Positions 16,143 through 24,671 of a stretch of DNA of 32,000 nt are shown in pieces (the first letter of the stretch is position 1; every line of letters begins with the position of its first letter). The notes below the pieces were generated by a model. The model was not told the DNA's origin and did not search any database. It was given only the letters and a program-made list of their open reading frames with translations. Origin of the DNA: an uncultured Chloroflexia bacterium. GTDB taxonomy: Bacteria; Chloroflexota; Anaerolineae; Anaerolineales; Anaerolineaceae. Location of the stretch: assembly GCA_963704755.1 (NCBI GenBank), contig OY969938.1, forward strand, positions 1,650,001 to 1,682,000, given 5' to 3'. Position numbers and translations under genes: made by a program.

Positions 16143-17384
16143 ATGAAATCGTTCCAACCCAATGCCACCACCGTGACCCGCTATGGAACCCATAACCTGA
16201 TCGACCAGAGCTGCCCGAACTGTGGCGCGTTCAGTATGCGTGGTTTCTACGCCGCCCGTAATGTTCCCATTAACGACGTCCGGGTCGTCCACAGCCGCCA
16301 GGAAGCATTGGATTTTCCGCGGGGCGATATTCACCTGGCTTACTGCTGGAAATGCGGCTTCATTACCAACGTTTCTTTCGACCCGGCTACGGTCACTTAC
16401 TCGCCAGAGTTCGAGGAAACCCAGGGCTATTCGGATACGTTCAACGCCTTCCACCAACGCCTGGCCACCTACCTGATCGACAATTACGACTTGCACGAAA
16501 AGAAAATTCTGGAGATCGGCTGCGGTAAAGGCGAATTTCTGGCGATGTTATGCGAAGCCGGTAACAACAGCGGGATCGGCTTCGACCCGGCCTTCGTCCC
16601 CGAACGCAAGCCGCAGATCAGCCGCGGCCAGGTTGAATATATTGCCGACCTGTACTCCGAAAAATACGCCGACATCGAAGCCGACTTCGTGGTCTGCAAG
16701 ATGACCCTCGAACACATTCCCCAGACGCGCGAATTCGTCAGCACGCTCCGCCGGGCCTTGGGCGACCGCGGTGAGACCGGGGTCTTCTTCCAAATTCCGG
16801 AAGTGTTCCGCATCCTACGCGAGCTGGCTTTCTGGGACATCTATTACGAACATTGCTCATATTTCAGCGCCGGCTCGCTCGCCCGGCTTTTCCGCAAGTG
16901 CGGCTTCGATGTGCTGGACCTGTGGACCGACTACGACGACCAGTACCTGATGATCGAAGCCCGGCCCGGCGTAAGCGGCCCGCTGATCCCGCCCCTGCCC
17001 CAGGAGGACGACCTGCCCCAGCTTTTCCCCCTGGCCGGGTATTTCTCCCAATCGGTCAAGACTTGCTTGCAGACCTGGCAAACCCGCATCAGCGAATACC
17101 ATCGCGACGGCCTGCACGTGGTCCTGTGGGGCGGCGGATCCAAAGCCGTGGCCTTCCTCTCCACCCTGGGCATCGCGGAAGAGATCGAATATGTGGTGGA
17201 TATCAACCCGCACAAACACGGCTCTTTCATCGCCGGCTCCGGGCAAGAGGTGGTCGCTCCGGAATTTATGAAAGAATACCACCCCGATATCGTCATCGTC
17301 ATGAATCCGGTATATGTGGAAGAGATCCGCGCCACTTTAGCCGAGATGGACCTCAGCCCCGTTCTGGTGCCGGTCAATGAGTGA
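16143..17384 (+). CDS. Zn-ribbon SAM-dependent methyltransferase (C-methyltransferase-like architecture), tandem paralogue A
   Basis: 413 aa. Motifs are CPNCG...CWKCGFITN, SAM motif ILEIGCGKGEFL, GFDP, CKMTLEHI, FQIPE, WDIYYEH, and a C-terminal VVLWGGGSKAVAFL...DIVIVMNPVY. Confidence 0.8.
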   Translation: MKSFQPNATTVTRYGTHNLIDQSCPNCGAFSMRGFYAARNVPINDVRVVHSRQEALDFPRGDIHLAYCWKCGFITNVSFDPATVTYSPEFEETQGYSDTFNAFHQRLATYLIDNYDLHEKKILEIGCGKGEFLAMLCEAGNNSGIGFDPAFVPERKPQISRGQVEYIADLYSEKYADIEADFVVCKMTLEHIPQTREFVSTLRRALGDRGETGVFFQIPEVFRILRELAFWDIYYEHCSYFSAGSLARLFRKCGFDVLDLWTDYDDQYLMIEARPGVSGPLIPPLPQEDDLPQLFPLAGYFSQSVKTCLQTWQTRISEYHRDGLHVVLWGGGSKAVAFLSTLGIAEEIEYVVDINPHKHGSFIAGSGQEVVAPEFMKEYHPDIVIVMNPVYVEEIRATLAEMDLSPVLVPVNE

Positions 17385-18606
17385 GCCAGTTCCCTCCCAC
17401 ACCGCTGTGAATCAGTCGCTGCCCGGCAAGTGCCCGGTGTGCAACTCGGCGGACACGCGCATTTTCTTCGAGGTCGGCCAGATGCCGGTTCACTGCAACC
17501 GCTTATGGGAACGTTACGACGACGCGATCGATGCGCCTAAAGGTGACCTGCGCCTGGCTTTTTGCCAGCACTGCGGGCACGTATTCAACACCGCCTTCGA
17601 TCCCGAACTGGTAATGTATTCCGCCGGCTACGAAAATTCCCTGCATTTTTCGCCTCACTTTCAAGCCTACGCCAACAGCATTGCGCACCAGTTGATCGAA
17701 CGCTACGATTTGCACCACAAAGAGATCATCGAGATCGGCAGCGGCCAGGGCGATTTCCTCGCCCTGTTATGCGAGCAAGGCGACAACCACGGCATTGGTT
17801 TCGACCCCAGCTTTACCGGTTCCCCGGCCGGCGCGCCGGGCAGTACCCGGGTCGATACGATCCGCGATTATTACTCAGAAAATTATGCCCATTTCCAGGC
17901 CGATTTGATCTGCTGCCGCCAGACCTTGGAGCACATTTACAACCCGGCCGAATTTCTGGCGACCGTCCGCCGCTCGATCGGCGACCGGACCGGCACGGTG
18001 GTTTTCTTCGAAGTGCCCAACGTGCGCTATACCTTGCACGGGCTTTCGATCTGGGACGTCATTTACGAGCATTATTCTTTCTTCAGCGCGCCCTCCCTGC
18101 GCTACCTGTTCACTTCCAACGGCTTCCAGGTCCTGCACCTGGAGGAGACATTTGGCGGCCAATACCTGACCATCGAAGCCATACCGGTCCCCGACGGCTC
18201 TCCGCTTGCTGGAGACTCCGGCAATGAAGATGGCATCGCGGAACTATCCAGAGATGTGGACCGCTACCGCCAGAATTTCACCGAAAAAGTGGGTTACTGG
18301 CAATCGCAACTGGCCTCGATCCGCATGGCAGGCAAATGCGCTGTGGTCTGGAGCGCCGGCTCCAAGGGGGTTACGTTCCTGAATACCCTCAAAACGCCGG
18401 GAGCGATCCAAAATGTCATCGATATCAATCCGCGAAAACATAATCGTTACATCGCCGGCAGCGGGCATCTGATCATCTCCCCTGATAAATTATCCGCGCT
18501 GCAGCCCGATGTGGTGATCGTGATGAACCCGGTTTATTTGGACGAAATCCGCCAGGATTTGCATGAAAAAGGGCTTTCGCCAGAATTGATGGTCGTCAAT
18601 GAATGA
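17377..18606 (+). CDS. Zn-ribbon SAM-dependent methyltransferase, tandem paralogue B
   Basis: 409 aa. Motifs are CPVCN...CQHCGHVFN, IIEIGSGQGDFL, GFDP, CRQTLEHI, FEVPN, WDVIYEH and AVVWSAGSKGVTFL...DVVIVMNPVY. It has an 8-nt overlap (ATGAGTGA) with paralogue A. Confidence 0.8.
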   Translation: MSEPVPSHTAVNQSLPGKCPVCNSADTRIFFEVGQMPVHCNRLWERYDDAIDAPKGDLRLAFCQHCGHVFNTAFDPELVMYSAGYENSLHFSPHFQAYANSIAHQLIERYDLHHKEIIEIGSGQGDFLALLCEQGDNHGIGFDPSFTGSPAGAPGSTRVDTIRDYYSENYAHFQADLICCRQTLEHIYNPAEFLATVRRSIGDRTGTVVFFEVPNVRYTLHGLSIWDVIYEHYSFFSAPSLRYLFTSNGFQVLHLEETFGGQYLTIEAIPVPDGSPLAGDSGNEDGIAELSRDVDRYRQNFTEKVGYWQSQLASIRMAGKCAVVWSAGSKGVTFLNTLKTPGAIQNVIDINPRKHNRYIAGSGHLIISPDKLSALQPDVVIVMNPVYLDEIRQDLHEKGLSPELMVVNE

Positions 18607-19831
18607 TAAAACAGGGGTGTCCGTTTATCACAAAGTACGCATCAACACCAGCGGCAAGAAACAGTGCCCAATTTGCACCAATGGCAATATCCGCACTTTC
18701 CTGGAAACCGGACCGATACCAATTCATACCCAGTTGCTCTGGCAAAAAAGAGAGGATGCGGTCAGCGCGCCAATGGGCGATTTTTTGCTGGGCTACTGTG
18801 AGAGCTGCGGGCATATCTTCAACACATCCTTCAATTCAGACCTGCTGCATTACAGCCAATGGTTCGAAAATTCGCTCCACCCCGCTTCCCGTTTCCAGTC
18901 CTTTAGCCGTCTCGAGATCGATCACCTGGTCGAAAAATATGGACTGCACGCCAAGGCAGTCCTGCAAATCGGCAAAGGGACGGGTGATTATGCCCTGCTG
19001 CTCTCCGAACTGGCCGAGAACCAGGCCACCATCTTCGAGCCCTGCGACAGCGACGGCTATACGACCCCTTCCGGCCTGGAGTTCGAGACCCAAATCCGTG
19101 GCTGCGCCGGCGAGCCCTTCTCGCGCTACCAACCCGACTTCATCTGCTGCCAGGACGCCCTGGAAGAAGCCCAACGCCCGCGTGAGTTCATCACCAATCT
19201 GCGCCACGCGATCGGTGAGCGTTACACCACGGTCGGCTACTTCCAGGTAGCCGATGGACTGGCGATGCTGCAAGAGGATCCCTTCAAAGTCTTCAATTAC
19301 GAGCATTTCTCGCTGTTCACCCCTTCCTCCCTGGGAACTTTATTCGCATCCAATAGTTTCCAAATCTTGCAGCAGCGCTCCCTACCTGAGGAGAGGATGT
19401 TGATTGTCGAGGTCAGCCCGGTTTTGGAAAGCAGCCGGACGGGGAACATAGATGCCCTCTACGATTTGAACAACGTCGCCAAAGAAGTCAAAGAGATCCA
19501 GAAACGGTTCCTGGAATGGATTGCTACCCTCAAAGAGCGCTTGAGCGACTTGAACAACGCCGGAAAGAAAGTGGCCTTTTGGGGCGCCGGCCCGCGTGGC
19601 ACCACCATTCTGAACGTTTTACACGCTCACGAGACCGTCCAGGTCGTCATCGACCCGGATTTCAACAAGGAAGATCTGCATGTACCGGGCACCGGCCACC
19701 GCATCGTCACCCCCGGCCACCTGGTTTCACTCAAGCCAGACGTTTTGCTGATATCCGATCCGGTCCATGACCAGGAAATCCGCTTCCTCGTCTCGGCCAT
19801 GCAATTATCCCCCGAGTTCATCACCATATAA
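18599..19831 (+). CDS. Zn-ribbon methyltransferase-like protein, tandem paralogue C (divergent at several conserved positions)
   Basis: 410 aa and colinear with A and B (CPICT...CESCGHIFN). Differences from A/B are QIGKGTG instead of EIGxGxG, IFEP for GFDP, ALEEA for TLEHI, FQVAD for F(Q/E)(I/V)P(E/N), and FNYEH for IYEH. It has an 8-nt overlap (ATGAATGA) with paralogue B. Confidence 0.7.
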   Translation: MNDKTGVSVYHKVRINTSGKKQCPICTNGNIRTFLETGPIPIHTQLLWQKREDAVSAPMGDFLLGYCESCGHIFNTSFNSDLLHYSQWFENSLHPASRFQSFSRLEIDHLVEKYGLHAKAVLQIGKGTGDYALLLSELAENQATIFEPCDSDGYTTPSGLEFETQIRGCAGEPFSRYQPDFICCQDALEEAQRPREFITNLRHAIGERYTTVGYFQVADGLAMLQEDPFKVFNYEHFSLFTPSSLGTLFASNSFQILQQRSLPEERMLIVEVSPVLESSRTGNIDALYDLNNVAKEVKEIQKRFLEWIATLKERLSDLNNAGKKVAFWGAGPRGTTILNVLHAHETVQVVIDPDFNKEDLHVPGTGHRIVTPGHLVSLKPDVLLISDPVHDQEIRFLVSAMQLSPEFITI

Positions 19832-19860
19832 ACGAGTCCAACAAACCATCCTGGGCATCT

Positions 19861-20943
19861 ATGCGCTTCTATTTTGCCAACGCCACTTTCAGGAAGGCCA
19901 ATTCACGTGGGCGAAACGTCCACATCCATCAATTTATAGCCAGTTCGCTCGAGCTGGGCCACGAAATATGGATGGAACCGGACTGCGAACACCCCGGGAT
20001 CAAGTTGCTGCCCAAAGGCAGACTGCCCCGCCTGGCCGCCTTACGGCGCATGGACAGTATTTACATCCGCCTGCAGGACAGCCCCCCGGACGTCTGCCGC
20101 TATGGGGTGGCCCCCTATCACCAACTGGCCGGATCGCCCCTGGTCGTCTGGGAATTCAACACGGTGCCGGAGTTTTCTCAGATCATGAACCACAGCCAGG
20201 AGCGCCTGCAAAACGACCTGGCCAGGTTCCGGAATTACGGCCGCGGCTGTGACCTGGCCGTGTGCGTCTCCCAAAAACTGGCCGAATATGTTCAGGAACG
20301 CCTGGGTATTCATACCACCCTGGTCGTTCCCAATGGCTCCGACCCCGGGCTGTTCCTGCCCAAGTCCAAATTCACCCCGGCCATCCTGGTGAACCCGCAC
20401 AAACTCAATATCGTCTGGGTCGGCAGCGCCGATCTGGGCTGGCACAATTTCAAACAAATGCTCGCGGCCGGCAGAATTCTCACCGCACGCGGATTGAAAG
20501 AGCGGTTCACCTTCCACATCATCGGCAAAGACCTGCCCGAATCCGAACCCTGGGAAGATAACGTCATCTATCACGGGCCCATCCCCTACGAAGAACTGCC
20601 CGGCTGGCTGGCCGCCATGGACGTGGGGTTAGTGCTCTATCACAGCGGGGTCGCGGACTACAACTCGCCCCTCAAATTTTACGATTACCTGGCCAGTGAG
20701 CTGGCGGTCGTCTCCAGCGAACAGCCCCAGGTACGGGAAGTACTCGAGACGATCCAGGCCGCTGACCTGCTGGTACCCTGTGATGATGCCACCGCCCTGG
20801 CCGACGTCCTCGAGAAATTGGAGCAGGACCGCAGCCGGGTCCGCAACCTGGGCAGCGCCGGCCGCCAGAAAGTGATCGAGCAATACAACTGGCAGCGCGC
20901 CGCTCGCGATACGCACAACCGCATCGCCGAACTGCTCTCCTGA
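19861..20943 (+). CDS. Glycosyltransferase, GT-B fold (GT4-like)
   Basis: 360 aa. The C-terminal half is typical of GT4: NIVWVGSADLGWHNF...FHIIGKD...YHGPIPYEELPGWLAAMDVGL...SPLKFYDYLASELAVVSS...AGRQKVIEQYNWQRAA. Confidence 0.78.
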   Translation: MRFYFANATFRKANSRGRNVHIHQFIASSLELGHEIWMEPDCEHPGIKLLPKGRLPRLAALRRMDSIYIRLQDSPPDVCRYGVAPYHQLAGSPLVVWEFNTVPEFSQIMNHSQERLQNDLARFRNYGRGCDLAVCVSQKLAEYVQERLGIHTTLVVPNGSDPGLFLPKSKFTPAILVNPHKLNIVWVGSADLGWHNFKQMLAAGRILTARGLKERFTFHIIGKDLPESEPWEDNVIYHGPIPYEELPGWLAAMDVGLVLYHSGVADYNSPLKFYDYLASELAVVSSEQPQVREVLETIQAADLLVPCDDATALADVLEKLEQDRSRVRNLGSAGRQKVIEQYNWQRAARDTHNRIAELLS

Positions 20944-21023
20944 TCGGTAAGCCGGTGCCCGGTTTTTGGCGGACTGAAACCGCCCAAAATCCCGCAGCGA
21001 ATCTTTCCCGGTTTCCCCAAAAT

Positions 21024-22061
21024 ATGATGAAAAATATTCAACAGCAATTACCCGAACCACCGGCTGGAAAGTGCGGCTGGCCCTGGAACATCGAGCGTAT
21101 CCCGCTTGCTGCGACCATGCCCGGCAAGCAAGAATGGCCGCGCATCAGCGTGACCGTCCCCAGTTATAACCAGGCTCAATACCTGGAAGAAACCCTGCGC
21201 TCGATCCTTTTGCAGGGCTACCCCAACCTGGAATTATTCGTCATGGACGGCGGATCCAGCGATGGGAGTAAGGCGATCCTGGAAAAATACGACGCCTGGA
21301 TCGATGCCTGGGTCAGCGAAGCCGACCACGGCCAGAGCCAGGCCATCAACAAAGGCTGGCAGCGCTCCACGGGTACCCTGGTGGCCTACCTGAACAGCGA
21401 TGATTTTTACCTGCCGGGCGCACTGGAAAAAGTCGCACTGGCCTGGAACAACGAACGCGGATCCGCCCTGATCGCCGGCGCAGTGGCCTTTGTGGATGCT
21501 ACCTCGCGGCGCAACCGGGTGAATACGCCGCACCTCAACACGTCCAGCCCGTTGGACCTTTCCACTTTAGAAATATCCGAGTGGTACATTCCGCAGCAGT
21601 CCAGCTTTTTTGTCCGCCCGGCCCTGGACCGGGCCGGCTGTTGGCTGCGGGAAGACTTGCATTACGTCATGGACCGCGAATTGATGTATCGCCTGTGCCG
21701 CTTTGGGCAAGTCATCCTGCTGACCGACACGTTGGCTGCCGACCGCAAACATGCTGCCGCCAAACGCCAGAAAGACCGCCTGGTTATGTACCGCGAAGAC
21801 GGCAAGGCAATGCAATACTGCGACTGGGGCGGCCATACCGCCAGGCTGCGCCGCCAACAGGTAGCCCGTGAACGCCTGGCGCAAGGTCACTGGCTGACCG
21901 CCCAGGGCGAAAACATCGGCATCCAAAAACTGGCCAGCATTTTTAAAGCCATCAGCTTGCGGCCGGCTTACCTCAAGCAGGTCGAGCCGCTGAACTCCGT
22001 CTTACGGGTAATCCGCAGCCTGCACAGCAATTCAATCGCATACAAAAAAGAGGTGCATTGA
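21024..22061 (+). CDS. Glycosyltransferase family 2
   Basis: PRISVTVPSYNQAQYLEETLRSILLQGYPNLELFVMDGGSSDGSKAILEKY...SEADHGQSQAINKGW...AYLNSDDFYLPGAL is a classic GT2 (WcaA-like) signature with a DD motif. I chose ATG 21024; GTG 20955 is an alternative start. Confidence 0.85.
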   Translation: MMKNIQQQLPEPPAGKCGWPWNIERIPLAATMPGKQEWPRISVTVPSYNQAQYLEETLRSILLQGYPNLELFVMDGGSSDGSKAILEKYDAWIDAWVSEADHGQSQAINKGWQRSTGTLVAYLNSDDFYLPGALEKVALAWNNERGSALIAGAVAFVDATSRRNRVNTPHLNTSSPLDLSTLEISEWYIPQQSSFFVRPALDRAGCWLREDLHYVMDRELMYRLCRFGQVILLTDTLAADRKHAAAKRQKDRLVMYREDGKAMQYCDWGGHTARLRRQQVARERLAQGHWLTAQGENIGIQKLASIFKAISLRPAYLKQVEPLNSVLRVIRSLHSNSIAYKKEVH

Positions 22062-22810
22062 TGAAATCAGTCGCCGTGATCCCAGCCCGGCTGGGCTCTA
22101 CCCGCCTGCCCCGTAAAATTGTGGCCGAAATCCAGGGCCAACCCTTGCTCTGGCACGTCTGGTCGCGCGTCAAACGCGCCACCGGTTTGGACGAGGTTTA
22201 CGTTGCTACCGATTCAGAAGAAATCCTGGCCGCAGTCGAATCGTGGGGCGGGCAGGCGCGCCTGACCAGCGCCAACTGCCGCTCAGGCACCGAGCGAATC
22301 GCCAGCCTGCTGCCCTCGCTAAACGCAGATTTTATCCTCAACGTCCAGGGTGACGAGCCTCTGATCGACCCGGCCTTGATCGACGCCATGGTAATGCGTT
22401 GGATGGAAGACCAGCCCGAGCTGGTCACGCCGGTATACCGCATCTCTACACCCGAAGAGCTGAACAGCCCCAACGTAGTCAAAGTAGCCCGGGCTGCCGA
22501 TGGGCACGCGCTGTACTTCTCGCGCCAGCCCATTCCTTATGTGCGTGATCTGCCCGCCGATCAATGGATGGGAGCGGCCGAATATTGGGGCCACGTGGGC
22601 GTTTACGGCTACCGCTGGGACATCCTGGGGATGTACCCCCAACTGCCCGAATCGCGGTTAGAGACGGCCGAAAAATTGGAGCAACTGCGTTTTCTGGACG
22701 CCGGTTACACCTTCCAAACCATCGAGACCGATTACCGCCCGGCCGCTGTGGACACTCAGGCGGACCTGGACCTGGTCCGGTCGATATTCGCAGGCGTCAA
22801 GCCGGGATGA
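22061..22810 (+). CDS. kdsB: 3-deoxy-manno-octulosonate cytidylyltransferase (CMP-Kdo synthetase)
   Basis: MKSVAVIPARLGSTRLPRKIVAEIQGQPLLWHVW...VATDSEEI...NVQGDEPLIDP...EKLEQLRFLDAGY are KdsB hallmark blocks. Length is about 249 aa. The start ATG overlaps the previous TGA by 1 nt. Confidence 0.9.
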   Translation: MKSVAVIPARLGSTRLPRKIVAEIQGQPLLWHVWSRVKRATGLDEVYVATDSEEILAAVESWGGQARLTSANCRSGTERIASLLPSLNADFILNVQGDEPLIDPALIDAMVMRWMEDQPELVTPVYRISTPEELNSPNVVKVARAADGHALYFSRQPIPYVRDLPADQWMGAAEYWGHVGVYGYRWDILGMYPQLPESRLETAEKLEQLRFLDAGYTFQTIETDYRPAAVDTQADLDLVRSIFAGVKPG

Positions 22811-23811
22811 TCGAGGAAAACATGGCATTAACTGCTATCCGAGAAGAATGGCTGCGGGTCGCGCTGGAGTCGATGCAGCAAGAAGCCGAGGCAATCCGCC
22901 TGGCCGCTACCCGGATGAACGGCAACCTGACCAGGGCGGTCGAAATCATTATGGACCATCCCGGTAAAGTGGTGGTCAGTGGCATCGGCAAATCGGGGAT
23001 CATGGGCGAGAAAATCACCGCCACCCTGTGCAGCACCGGCACCCCGGCGGTTTTCCTGCATGCCACCGAAGCCTTTCACGGCAACCTGGGCATCTACACC
23101 CCCGGCGATCCCAGCATCCTGATCTCCAAAAGCGGCAGCACCGAAGAAGTCCTGCGCCTGGTGCCTTTGCTGCGCCAGTTCAAGTCACCGCTCATCGCCA
23201 TCGTCGGCAACCTGGATTCGCCCCTGGCGGATCAATGTGATGTGGTGCTGGATGCGCGGGTCAACAGCGAAGCCGACCCGCTGGGGATCGTCCCGACCAC
23301 CTCGACCGTGGTCACCCTGGCGATCGGCGACGCCCTGGCCTCGGCGCTGATGTCAGCCCGCGATTTCACCGAGCTGGATTTCGCCAGGTTTCATCCGGGC
23401 GGCCAACTGGGACGGAACTTGATCCTGCACGTTGCGGATGTGATGCACAGCGGCGAGCAGATCGCCTGGGCCACGACCGACACCCGCCTGCGCGATCTGG
23501 TGATTGCGATGACCAGCAAACCCCTCGGCGCGGCCTGCGTCATCGACGATAACGGCTGCCTGGTCGGCATCGTCACAGACGGCGATGTCCGCCGGGCGTT
23601 ACAAAAGTACGATGACATCCGCCCGCTGACGGCCGGCGACGTGATGACCGCCAATCCCATTGCCGCCACTGCGGATATCACCTTGGGGCAGGCTGCTCAA
23701 ATCATGGAAGACCGCCCCTCGCAGATTTCCGTATTACCCGTAATTCAAGCCGAGAGCCGGGTCTGCCTGGGCCTGGTCCGGCTGCACGATATTTACCGTG
23801 GAGGCCAATAA
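22807..23811 (+). CDS. kdsD: Arabinose-5-phosphate isomerase (SIS domain + tandem CBS domains), KdsD/KpsF family
   Basis: The start at ATG 22807 forms an ATGA overlap with the kdsB stop. The SIS motif is [31 protein letters not shown], followed by ISKSGSTEE. The C-terminal CBS pair includes ...[10 protein letters not shown]...L. Confidence 0.9.
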   Translation: MIEENMALTAIREEWLRVALESMQQEAEAIRLAATRMNGNLTRAVEIIMDHPGKVVVSGIGKSGIMGEKITATLCSTGTPAVFLHATEAFHGNLGIYTPGDPSILISKSGSTEEVLRLVPLLRQFKSPLIAIVGNLDSPLADQCDVVLDARVNSEADPLGIVPTTSTVVTLAIGDALASALMSARDFTELDFARFHPGGQLGRNLILHVADVMHSGEQIAWATTDTRLRDLVIAMTSKPLGAACVIDDNGCLVGIVTDGDVRRALQKYDDIRPLTAGDVMTANPIAATADITLGQAAQIMEDRPSQISVLPVIQAESRVCLGLVRLHDIYRGGQ

Positions 23812-23812
23812 T

Positions 23813-24670
23813 ATGACACATCCCCTCGCCTTTGACATCCGGCCTGGGATCAGCATGGGTGGCGACCGCCCGATCTTTATTTGTGGCCCATGTGTGGTCG
23901 AATCGCTTGAGGTGGTTTCCTACACCGCGGCGACCTTAAAAGGCATTTTCGACCGCCTCGGCATCCCCTTTATCTTCAAATCTTCCTACGATAAAGCCAA
24001 CCGCACTTCCGGGCGCTCGTTTCGCTCGATCGGTTTCGAAAAATCCTTACGCATCCTGGAGCAGGTGCGCGACGAAAACGACCTGGCCGTGCTGACCGAT
24101 GTCCACGAGACCGGCCAGGTGGAGCGCGTTGCCCGCACAGTAGACGTGATGCAAGTGCCGGCATTCCTATGCCGCCAGACCGACCTGATCCAGGCCATCG
24201 CCCGCAGCGGCAAGACGGTCAATATCAAGAAAGGCCAGTTCATGGCCCCCGAGGATATGGATTACGCCGTCCAGAAGGCCGCCGACGCCGGCAACAGCCG
24301 TGTCTTTCTCACCGAACGCGGCAGCTCATTCGGTTACCACAATCTGGTCGTGGATATGCGCTCGCTGGTCATCATGCGCCGCAGCGCCCCGGTGATCTTC
24401 GACCTGACCCACAGTGTCCAGATGCCCGGGGGGATGGGTGGTAAGTCGGGCGGACAGCGCGAGTTCGCCCCCTACCTGGCCCGCGCCGCAGCCGCGGTCG
24501 GTGTAGATGGCTTCTTCATGGAAACCCATCCCGAACCGGCCAAAGCCCTCAGCGATGGGCCCAACATGGTCCCGTTGGAAGAGATGGAGACCCTGGTCCG
24601 CTCACTGGTGGACCTGTGGTCCGCCGCCCGGCCATACTGGGACGTTCAGGAAACCCTCGTCAAGGAATAA
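23813..24670 (+). CDS. kdsA: 3-deoxy-8-phosphooctulonate (Kdo8P) synthase, Cys-containing (metal-dependent class) form
   Basis: ATG 23813 is preceded by GGAGG. Motifs are [49 protein letters not shown] and FDLTHSVQ. The GPC Cys at codon 27 (nt 23891) is where non-metallo enzymes have Asn. Confidence 0.92.
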   Translation: MTHPLAFDIRPGISMGGDRPIFICGPCVVESLEVVSYTAATLKGIFDRLGIPFIFKSSYDKANRTSGRSFRSIGFEKSLRILEQVRDENDLAVLTDVHETGQVERVARTVDVMQVPAFLCRQTDLIQAIARSGKTVNIKKGQFMAPEDMDYAVQKAADAGNSRVFLTERGSSFGYHNLVVDMRSLVIMRRSAPVIFDLTHSVQMPGGMGGKSGGQREFAPYLARAAAAVGVDGFFMETHPEPAKALSDGPNMVPLEEMETLVRSLVDLWSAARPYWDVQETLVKE

Positions 24671-24671
24671 C

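Noticed and set aside
12576-19831. The idea that the methyltransferase/kinase block is a restriction-modification-like or other phage-defence system
   Set aside because: The methyltransferases have the sugar C-methyltransferase architecture (Zn-ribbon plus a C-terminal Rossmann-like domain), not DNA-methyltransferase motifs. No nuclease, helicase or ATPase partners are present. The block is embedded and overlap-coupled within glycan biosynthesis genes.
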